From the IMG/VR virus record IMGVR_UViG_3300045988_132810, positions 64,001 through 128,000 of that record: a stretch of DNA of 64,000 nucleotides; one strand, given 5' to 3'. This document shows positions 57,616-64,000 of the stretch, piece by piece. Below the pieces are notes generated by a model. The model saw only the letters and a list, made by a program, of their open reading frames with translations, was not told the origin of the DNA and did not search any database. This stretch comes from a virus. Within the stretch, counting starts at the first letter, position 1; every line of letters starts with the position of its first letter. Made by a program: the position numbers and the translations under genes.

Positions 57616-58233
57616 TTAAAACAGAACATCTAAATCTGTAATAATCTCGTCAATAATTCCGTTTGCTAGTGCTTCTTCTTCGTCGAGATACCAATCAGAC
57701 GGAGCTTTTCTCTTATATACCTTCGGATCAATCTTTGTATGACCAAGGAAGTATTCAGTGACTCTCTTAGTAAGCTTATCACCAAACTTTTTCATTGATT
57801 CTGCTTGTTCTTGTGTTCCGCCATAATAACAAGATCCAGAATGAACCAGAACAGAAGTGCCCGGAAGTGCATAACGCTTGTGGCCAGCAGACAGGATGTC
57901 TGCAGCAGCAGAGTAGGCACAACATAGATTGATTGTCCAAATAGGCGTTTTGCTAATTTCCATAAGCTTAATAAAACTCCATGTAGCAGACACGTCACCG
58001 CCCGGTGAATCTATCACAATCTTGATTGGTAGACGCTGCTCAATTGGTACGTCTTTATCTTCTCTATTCCAACGAATAATCTCCTTAGACAATTCGAAAA
58101 GATTTTCATCAATCTGCTCGTCAATATAGAGTACACGATGTTCAATGTCTCTATAATAATTTCTTAATTCCGGTGAAGGTAGGTGCAAATTTGCTACTGT
58201 TTCAGGAATTGCTACTAATAGTTCTTGTTCCAT
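57616..58233 (-). CDS. clpP: ClpP-family serine protease
   Basis: IDSPGGDVSATWSFIKLM...INLCCAYSAAADILSAGHKRYALPGTSVLVHSGS matches the CLP_protease (PF00574) pattern. Start moved to ATG 58233 (MEQELL), preceded by GGAGGAATACC. Confidence 0.85.
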   Translation of the reverse strand: MEQELLVAIPETVANLHLPSPELRNYYRDIEHRVLYIDEQIDENLFELSKEIIRWNREDKDVPIEQRLPIKIVIDSPGGDVSATWSFIKLMEISKTPIWTINLCCAYSAAADILSAGHKRYALPGTSVLVHSGSCYYGGTQEQAESMKKFGDKLTKRVTEYFLGHTKIDPKVYKRKAPSDWYLDEEEALANGIIDEIITDLDVLF

Positions 58234-58363
58234 GGTATTCCTCCGTTTCGTTTCGTAGAATTTATATATACATGTGCTGGCATATATATACCATATAGTT
58301 AAAGCTCGACCCAACTTTTTTAGTAGTGGAGTATATAAATGCGTATAATTTTTGTATAAAGCT

Positions 58364-58377
58364 ATAATTTTGTATTG
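58364..58377 (-). promoter_or_regulatory. Conserved 14-mer CAATACAAAATTAT, copy 3 (plus a degenerate copy at 58345..58358)
   Basis: Exact plus-strand ATAATTTTGTATTG in the 160-nt intergenic region upstream of clpP. An imperfect second copy, ATAATTTTTGTATA, lies adjacent. Confidence 0.5.
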
Positions 58378-58395
58378 TTAAAAATGTTGATACGG

Positions 58396-59292
58396 TCATG
58401 ATTTTTCTCTAACTCTCGCCCTATAATTTATATTTTTCTTTACATTCCTATCTCGTTGATGTTGTTTATTACAAGTCGGGCATCTACAAGTATGTGTATC
58501 TTTTATAGGTATTTCAACCTCATCGCCACAATCAATACACCATATGAGTTGTGGGAGAGAAGAAGAGAGTGAACAGGCAGTGCATATGTCATCGCTGGCT
58601 TTGCTTTTCATGAGCCTACCGCAACGAGTACATCTCTTGAATTTTTCTTTTCCCTTCCAATTAAGATATACATACGCAAGCTCTTGACAATCAATCTCAT
58701 TCAAACGAAATACTTCTTCTCCATCTTTATCAATAAAATTAACCCACAAGCATTTTGTATCATTTCGTTTAGGACAACTAATAAGACCTTGAGTAAGAAT
58801 GTAATGTAAAATATATTCTCTATCGTCTGCTGGGACAGAAACTCTAGCAATTTTACACAGCTCTGTAACAGTATACCTTACAAGACCTTCTGTGAAATTG
58901 GCTGAAGTCCCATAGCACTCCATGATTTTTGCTTGTTGCTTTGCCATGCATAAAAGAACAAACAATATTTTTTCAGCTCGTATGTTGTCTAATGATTGTA
59001 TCTTTTCAAGTTCAGTTTTAGTAATAACAACATCATCTATTTTATACAACTTTCTCTTCTTTGCACTTTTAATCGCCTTCGATATAACATTTGAATAACT
59101 AGATTCATCAAAATTATCTTGATGCTTAGTCATCCATGCAACAGTAGAGTTGTAATTTTTACTTTCATCTTTCCCTAAGACTTGTGCATTGTATCTTGTG
59201 ATATATCCAATTTTTTTAATAGCAGACTTTATATCTTTATTTTTGCCTAACAACAAACTTTTGACATATTTTTCTTCATCAAATATCATCAT
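58396..59292 (-). CDS. Hypothetical protein with C-terminal double zinc ribbon, translationally coupled to the RNAP-like gene
   Basis: 298 aa. Zinc-ribbon cysteines: CTRCGRLM...CTACS and CIDCG...CRCPTCNKQ. The start overlaps the 3' end of 59279..62155 by 14 nt. Confidence 0.55.
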   Translation of the reverse strand: MMIFDEEKYVKSLLLGKNKDIKSAIKKIGYITRYNAQVLGKDESKNYNSTVAWMTKHQDNFDESSYSNVISKAIKSAKKRKLYKIDDVVITKTELEKIQSLDNIRAEKILFVLLCMAKQQAKIMECYGTSANFTEGLVRYTVTELCKIARVSVPADDREYILHYILTQGLISCPKRNDTKCLWVNFIDKDGEEVFRLNEIDCQELAYVYLNWKGKEKFKRCTRCGRLMKSKASDDICTACSLSSSLPQLIWCIDCGDEVEIPIKDTHTCRCPTCNKQHQRDRNVKKNINYRARVREKS

Positions 59293-62155
59293 TTACATCA
59301 CCAACTTCCTTAGTACATAAAGAAAATGTCTTTCCGCAAAATTCTATATCACCATTTTCGTCTTTAATGGGGAACTGAATTTTATTACCATTTTTTTGTG
59401 CCACATTACGAAAAATTTGTTCTCCAGCTATATCCCAAGCAAAAGACTTATTTTTACTAGAAGTATAACAAATATCTACTAAAATATTTGCAAGGATTTC
59501 CTCATTTGGACAAATTAAATGACTAGCCATTATAAAATTTTCTTTAATCCCAATTGCGATAATTTCCGCATCCTCATTATTAGTTTCTGTTTTTGACCTT
59601 CCTTTAGACAAAATTAACATTTGCTTTCCATACTCAATATACAAATCATTAATTAAATCAAATTCTTCTTGAGAATACTGTGCATTACTCTTTAAAATAG
59701 ATGCATCAAACTCCACATTAGGTAGAACATTAGTTGTTTGAAACTCATTTTCAATTTTCCAACAAATCCTATTCATTGTACCCGTAGCTCTACTTACAGG
59801 CATATACTTCTCATAATTGTAAATAAAAGCTTCTTCTTCTTCAGTCCTATCATCAGAAGCACATAAATCTTCTAAAGTTTTTCCAAATCTTATCTTACAA
59901 TTTGATTTTACAGACTTCATATATTTATCAAGTTCAGCCTTTAGCTGAGAATACCTATAAATAAAGAACCATGGCTTAATATTTGAAGCGATTCTGGTAT
60001 CAATCTCTTTATCATGTATAACTTCCAGAGAATCACCTGATTTTGACTTATGCATTCTTGCCTCTAGCCATTCTTTTGGCACAGGTTTTGCAATAACCCC
60101 CTTAATGCGATCTATGGCATTTTGCTGATAATTCATCATCGTACTAATACGATAAGTTAATCTCTTATATTCTTCACTGTCTGGATCAAATTTTTCTCTT
60201 AGAGAAATCATATTAGTTGCCTTGTTAGTCACACTACCAATAGAATCTCCAAACCCATTAATATCCGATGTAACGAAATCCTCTTCCGTAGGAACTTTCT
60301 TTGGCATCTTGTCTTGTTCGCACATTAATGTTGGCTTATATTCAAATGCATCAAGAAGCACGTGATTGTTGCTTGTAAAAAAAGTATCAGAGTCGTAATC
60401 AGCCCCATTGCATCTAATAGCAGTAGTGTCCCAGCTATTTAAGAACATGCATGTTTTAACATATCCATACCATTTTTCCATTTCAGGACTAGAAACAACA
60501 TTTAGTTTACAAACATTTTCTATGGATGTCATTGGAGCACGAAATGCACATATCTCTTTTACTCCTTTATCGCTCCAATACTTGTGATAACATTCACCTG
60601 CGTGAAGCAGTCCAGAGATCTCTATCCCGAACATATTTTGAAGCAATGAATATGGATCATTTCCTATAATTGCATAGTCTCCCTCAACATCTAATACACC
60701 TATTTTAGCGGTTCTGATGCGCTTTTGTATCATCCTACTAACTTTAGACCGTACATAAGGATCTTTAATTAATTCAGGATTTGCCATAATTGCCTTACAC
60801 ATTGGATCCATACTATCAACATTTTTGTCATCCAGTCCAGTTCCACACATGTATAAAATTAGTTTTCTCCAATCTAAACCAAGACATTCTTTAATTTTCG
60901 TTACTGTTGGGGCAACCAATTCATTAATTTGTTCATCTGTAAACCTAAAATCTTGTAAATATTGATAGTTTGTAGTGTGAACATTACGCAATTCACGTGG
61001 AGCGCTCTTTGCTATACAAAAATCATAGTCATTTTCCTTACAATTGCGCAAATAATCTTCACATCCTGCATAAGAGTCCCATAATTTTAACATCGAAGTT
61101 GTTAAAATAACATCTGCATTACGAATATCTTGTTTATCTCCCCATGCGTCAGTTATTTCATATGTATGTGCTACTTCCTCCGCAAATTGTACAAAAGGGA
61201 CAGTAAACACCATGCCCTTTAAAAATGCACATCTAGTATTATAACCAGAGAGCGGCTCAGTACCTTCTCCTAACCATTCAGCCCATTTTGAACTCATTTC
61301 TGGAGAAATAAACCCCATTCCGTCAGAAACATTATAGTCAATCTTTTCTTCATGAGGCTCACTAACACTTGGCCAATCAGGATTCTTGTCATTGCCAGTA
61401 TCCTTTACTATTCTTACAGGATAATTAAAATGAGTTTCTGCATCTTTAACTACAATAACTCTTGGCCAAGGTCTTTCAGGATCTGTGAATGAGCCTACTG
61501 TAATACTAGCAGAGCACTGTAGTGCAAAATATGCAGATAATTTTGCTGGGATAAACTTATAATTAAGTTCCATTCCATTGTAAGTTTTAACAGACTCCAG
61601 AAGATTGTTGTTATTATCAACTTTTGGCCCCAAATAACGTCCATTATTAATACGGCGCATAATCTCATCATGCATGTCTTCATTTATGAACATGATTGTG
61701 CTCTTCTTTATAGATCCCGCCGTACCAAGAAGACGAACATAGGTTACTGTTTCTTCTTTCCCATTGCCATAATCAATAGTGATACTAAATTTGTTTTGGC
61801 ATACATACCTATAATCACCCGGAGAGTCCATAACAAGCATCACATAATCCTGCTGAAATTGCTTTTGATACAATTCATTATATAGGGAACAAATCTTCGT
61901 TTTATTTTCATAATTGTTCTCCATTTTCTTTGCGTTTTTAATCTCTGCTTTAATCTCAGTAGCTCTCGCGTCATCTTTTTCTCTATGTTGCAACTTTGTA
62001 AGCCATCTAAGAACCTGAGAAGACCCTAGACTAACGACCATCTGTGGTTGCTTTCTAATCTCACTTAACTTAAAGTCTAAATGCCAATTGTGTTTTGATA
62101 GATACCCACTATGTATTTTTAGCACATAAGTTTGGTTTTTTTGCTGCTTTGCCAA
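59279..62155 (-). CDS. Candidate single-subunit two-barrel RNA polymerase (YonO / cellular RdRP-like)
   Basis: 958 aa with a TTG start. ICAFRAPMTSIENVCKLNVV...AIRCNGADYDSDTFFTSNN (DYDSD at 60386..60400) resembles the universal NADFDGD / DxDGD metal-binding loop, preceded by the RxP...v.vv strand seen in YonO and QDE-1-type polymerases. The gene is followed by HU and packaging genes, as yonO and yonN are in SPbeta. Confidence 0.5.
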   Translation of the reverse strand: MAKQQKNQTYVLKIHSGYLSKHNWHLDFKLSEIRKQPQMVVSLGSSQVLRWLTKLQHREKDDARATEIKAEIKNAKKMENNYENKTKICSLYNELYQKQFQQDYVMLVMDSPGDYRYVCQNKFSITIDYGNGKEETVTYVRLLGTAGSIKKSTIMFINEDMHDEIMRRINNGRYLGPKVDNNNNLLESVKTYNGMELNYKFIPAKLSAYFALQCSASITVGSFTDPERPWPRVIVVKDAETHFNYPVRIVKDTGNDKNPDWPSVSEPHEEKIDYNVSDGMGFISPEMSSKWAEWLGEGTEPLSGYNTRCAFLKGMVFTVPFVQFAEEVAHTYEITDAWGDKQDIRNADVILTTSMLKLWDSYAGCEDYLRNCKENDYDFCIAKSAPRELRNVHTTNYQYLQDFRFTDEQINELVAPTVTKIKECLGLDWRKLILYMCGTGLDDKNVDSMDPMCKAIMANPELIKDPYVRSKVSRMIQKRIRTAKIGVLDVEGDYAIIGNDPYSLLQNMFGIEISGLLHAGECYHKYWSDKGVKEICAFRAPMTSIENVCKLNVVSSPEMEKWYGYVKTCMFLNSWDTTAIRCNGADYDSDTFFTSNNHVLLDAFEYKPTLMCEQDKMPKKVPTEEDFVTSDINGFGDSIGSVTNKATNMISLREKFDPDSEEYKRLTYRISTMMNYQQNAIDRIKGVIAKPVPKEWLEARMHKSKSGDSLEVIHDKEIDTRIASNIKPWFFIYRYSQLKAELDKYMKSVKSNCKIRFGKTLEDLCASDDRTEEEEAFIYNYEKYMPVSRATGTMNRICWKIENEFQTTNVLPNVEFDASILKSNAQYSQEEFDLINDLYIEYGKQMLILSKGRSKTETNNEDAEIIAIGIKENFIMASHLICPNEEILANILVDICYTSSKNKSFAWDIAGEQIFRNVAQKNGNKIQFPIKDENGDIEFCGKTFSLCTKEVGDVNDDI

Positions 62156-62175
62156 TAAATATCACCGCCCTTACT

Positions 62176-62189
62176 ATAATTTTGTATTG
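62176..62189 (-). promoter_or_regulatory. Conserved 14-mer CAATACAAAATTAT, copy 4
   Basis: Exact plus-strand ATAATTTTGTATTG. It lies 20 nt upstream of the TTG start at 62155 and 17 nt downstream of the -10 box of the sigma-A promoter. Confidence 0.5.
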
Positions 62190-62206
62190 CCCTATCGAAC
62201 AAACAC

Positions 62207-62234
62207 ATTATATCACAAAACTTACAAATGTCAA
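62207..62234 (-). promoter_or_regulatory. Consensus sigma-A/sigma-70 promoter with extended -10 upstream of the RNAP-like gene
   Basis: The minus strand reads TTGACA-N16-TATAAT. It shares TTGTGATATAATGT with the promoter at 41154..41182. Confidence 0.75.
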
Positions 62235-62240
62235 GTGCAT

Positions 62241-62897
62241 TTAATCAACAAATGTGTAAACAACCCTCACATCTTCATAATTGCCGCCCTGCGGAACAAG
62301 TTTCACCAGCAGTGGGAGAGAAGTGTCACAAAAAAAGTTACAATATTCCCTACAAGTCTTTGGATCATATTCAACAACAACATAATATTTAATACCTTCG
62401 TCCCTTGGAATGCTCTCATCCAAAATGCCATTCATAACAAAAGAAGTAATTATCTTTTTGTCTTCTCCTGAAATGCTCCTATCCCAACGAGTCGGGGCGA
62501 CACCATCTCTCTTCCAATGCACATAAGCCTTCTCAGGAATACGACCCACATGAGAAATTGTTGCATCCCAATTGTAATTAAGTATTTCATCAAGAGTTAC
62601 ATATGAAGCAAAGCCTCCAAAACGAAAATAATGATTACTCGAAATTGCATCAGATGCATCATCTGGCAAGCCTCGCAACTCACTAATTGGATTAATTACT
62701 GTATAACCATTTAGTTGATTTGTGACCCAACCAAATAACTCATATAAGAAAATATTTCTTTCATCACAAACCCTATCAGTTAATTTATCATTCATTTCAA
62801 TAAATGCGCTTGGAAAAATATTACCAACCTTTTTCCACGCACCATTTTCTCTTACCTCAGCATACATTATCATTTGCATATATTTATCACATCCCAT
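62241..62897 (-). CDS. Hypothetical protein (218 aa)
   Basis: ORF in the packed early operon. The start is uncertain (several in-frame Met codons) and I did not recognise any motif. Confidence 0.55.
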   Translation of the reverse strand: MGCDKYMQMIMYAEVRENGAWKKVGNIFPSAFIEMNDKLTDRVCDERNIFLYELFGWVTNQLNGYTVINPISELRGLPDDASDAISSNHYFRFGGFASYVTLDEILNYNWDATISHVGRIPEKAYVHWKRDGVAPTRWDRSISGEDKKIITSFVMNGILDESIPRDEGIKYYVVVEYDPKTCREYCNFFCDTSLPLLVKLVPQGGNYEDVRVVYTFVD

Positions 62898-63201
62898 ACA
62901 TTTCTTTATACTTATACATTTCTTTTATAAGATCATGAAGACTTGGCATATCTTCTGGTTTAAGATATACAGATTCTGTTAAAGGCACATACGATTGCAT
63001 CACACAAGCATATTGGCACTTATTTGAATCAATACGCATTTTAAAACGCCTGTCTTCAGGAATATGCATATCTTTACCACACCCCGGACAATACGCAAAA
63101 TCTACAACTGATAATGTACCACATTGTGGACACTCTAATAGTTGTGCATTGCCGCACAGAATATTAAACTGCTTTCTTTCAACTGTTTTCCATTCGCTCA
63201 T
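62887..63201 (-). CDS. Zinc-ribbon small protein
   Basis: Start moved to ATG 63201 (MSEWKTVERKQ), which overlaps the upstream TGA (ATGA). Cysteines: CPQCG...CPGCGKDM. Confidence 0.55.
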   Translation of the reverse strand: MSEWKTVERKQFNILCGNAQLLECPQCGTLSVVDFAYCPGCGKDMHIPEDRRFKMRIDSNKCQYACVMQSYVPLTESVYLKPEDMPSLHDLIKEMYKYKEMYGM

Positions 63202-63482
63202 TGTAACGCCTCCAAATCCATTTTTGAACCGCAATTTGGACAATAGTTATGTGGGTCGTGTTTCCACATATCAAACCCGCACTTACATACAGAACAAATT
63301 AGTGTATCTGGCCTGTCTGAATTAGTTTCCCATCTCCCATGCACCACCGGAACCGCATCCACAGTCTGTGCCGCCTCTATTTCAGCCAAACAGTCTTCTT
63401 TTGCCCAGCGCGCTTCCTCGTATGGGGTTGGAACATTGTTCCATATGGCTTCGGACAACTGATCTGCGTTAATCAAACGCAT
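63198..63482 (-). CDS. Zinc-ribbon small protein, paralog A
   Basis: Start moved to ATG 63482 (MRLINADQL). DAVPVVHGRWE...CSVCKCG...YCPNCGSKMD. Confidence 0.6.
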   Translation of the reverse strand: MRLINADQLSEAIWNNVPTPYEEARWAKEDCLAEIEAAQTVDAVPVVHGRWETNSDRPDTLICSVCKCGFDMWKHDPHNYCPNCGSKMDLEALQ

Positions 63483-63765
63483 TACTATCACCGTCCATTT
63501 TCGCTCCACAGTCAGGGCAGAAACTATGTCTATCATCGAATGGATGGCCATCCACATACCCGCACCTTGAACAAACAAACGCCCATTTGTAACCGCTATC
63601 TCCGTTATCAATCCAATGCCCATGTACTACCGGCGCAACATCGGCAAATGGGATACCCAGCAAAGCAGCTTCAAGTTTGTCTGCGGACAAATTTATATCC
63701 GGTGTATCATAGTAAACGTCATTGATGGCATCAATAGCCGTTTTCAGTTCGACATATTTAGTCAT
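63469..63765 (-). CDS. Zinc-ribbon small protein, paralog B
   Basis: DVAPVVHGHWID...CSRCGYV...FCPDCGAKMDG. The ribbon architecture matches paralog A. The ribosome-binding site GGAGGG lies inside the GNAT gene end. Confidence 0.6.
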   Translation of the reverse strand: MTKYVELKTAIDAINDVYYDTPDINLSADKLEAALLGIPFADVAPVVHGHWIDNGDSGYKWAFVCSRCGYVDGHPFDDRHSFCPDCGAKMDGDSNAFD

Positions 63766-63767
63766 TG

Positions 63768-64000
63768 TTAACCCTCCTGCTCAATACTTCTATTACCTGT
63801 CCAATTGCAGTCCACTAACGACATATAATAATATGCATTATCTTCATCTACGACTTGAAATCCGTACTTATCATAAACATGTTTTGCTATAGTGTTACTT
63901 TTCTTTACAGCTAAATTTCTAGCACCACATCGTTTTGTAGCATAATCTAAAAGTTGATAAGATAATCCAAGCCCTTTATAATTTTCACTAATCTCAAGAT
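63768..64000 (-). CDS. GNAT-family acetyltransferase, C-terminal fragment (5' end outside the window)
   Basis: Hand translation: LEISENYKGLGLSYQLLDYATKRCGARNLAVKKSNTIAKHVYDKYGFQVVDEDNAYYYMSL...QEG followed by a stop (TAA 63770..63768). This fits the GNAT motif A/B pattern (..yrG.Gig..Ll......g...l.l.v...N..A...Y.k.GF). Confidence 0.6.
   Translation of the reverse strand, partial: LEISENYKGLGLSYQLLDYATKRCGARNLAVKKSNTIAKHVYDKYGFQVVDEDNAYYYMSLVDCNWTGNRSIEQEG

Noticed and set aside
58234-58314. Long N-terminal extensions in the ORF track, for example ClpP MGRALTIWYIY... and similar extensions at 16401..16475, 24806..24859, 39446..39502, 47679..47720 and 63483..63623
   Set aside because: In each case an internal ATG has a strong GGAGG-type ribosome-binding site and matches paralog N-termini, while the extended start lacks a ribosome-binding site or overlaps a terminator or the preceding gene.
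58262-58399. 45-aa ORF (MTVSTFLTIQNYSF...) coupled by ATGA to the stop of the 298-aa gene
   Set aside because: The sequence is hydrophobic and low-complexity. It runs through the intergenic region that holds the conserved 14-mers, so it is more plausibly non-coding regulatory DNA.
10935-61683. Nested out-of-frame minus-strand ORFs of 60-103 aa (for example 10935..11117, 16477..16671, 18758..18940, 23398..23586, 25697..25996, 31010..31249, 34909..35136, 36209..36406, 41192..41401, 44440..44643, 48351..48662, 50536..50772, 51297..51593, 57792..57998, 61495..61683)
   Set aside because: Each lies entirely within a longer ORF that has recognisable protein features. Their compositions are odd (rich in Leu, Met and Lys), and none has a ribosome-binding site.
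1-64000. tRNA or rRNA genes, integrase or att sites, and host flanking genes
   Set aside because: I saw none in the intergenic regions, which are short and occupied by terminators or promoters. Prophage versus free-phage status therefore cannot be decided from this window.

Overview
The window is one contiguous block of a large, AT-rich tailed phage or prophage, probably siphovirus-like with a Firmicute host. No integrase, att site or host gene is visible, so I cannot tell whether it is integrated. Every credible gene lies on the minus strand; the plus-strand ORFs in the track are antisense shadows.

Gene order, reading 64 kb down to 1:
- Early and middle genes: GNAT fragment, tandem zinc-ribbon paralogs, a candidate YonO-like single-subunit RNA polymerase, ClpP, PhoH, HU and a metallophosphoesterase.
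- Packaging: possible small terminase, TerL, portal.
- Head module: protease/scaffold-like protein, major capsid protein.
- Connector genes and the major tail protein.
- A small island of free-standing homing-endonuclease-like genes.
- About 24 kb of mosaic tail-fibre and adhesin genes.
- Holin plus two endolysins, a RuvC-like resolvase and two small ORFs.
- A giant tape measure protein (TMP) that runs off the left edge.

Main findings:
1. Two related ORF-less group I introns are hidden in the ORF track as false gene ends. One splits the TMP core (5851..6163). The other splits a roughly 2310-aa CotH/LRR adhesin (28644..28916). Both have a P1 helix with a U.G wobble, a terminal G, in-frame exon junctions that restore conserved motifs, and compensatory base changes between the two copies.
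2. The TMP is at least 3506 aa once spliced and is still open at base 1. It carries a RadC-like JAB motif and nine W/F tandem repeats.
3. A 958-aa protein carries an NGADYDSD motif, consistent with a YonO-like two-barrel RNA polymerase. Neighbouring genes resemble the SPbeta arrangement.
4. An exact 14-mer recurs four times in gene orientation upstream of start codons. It may be a phage-specific promoter or an operator.
5. Two near-identical consensus sigma-A promoters are present.
6. The fibre arsenal is strongly paralogous.

All domain calls come from reading the sequence by eye. No database search was run.
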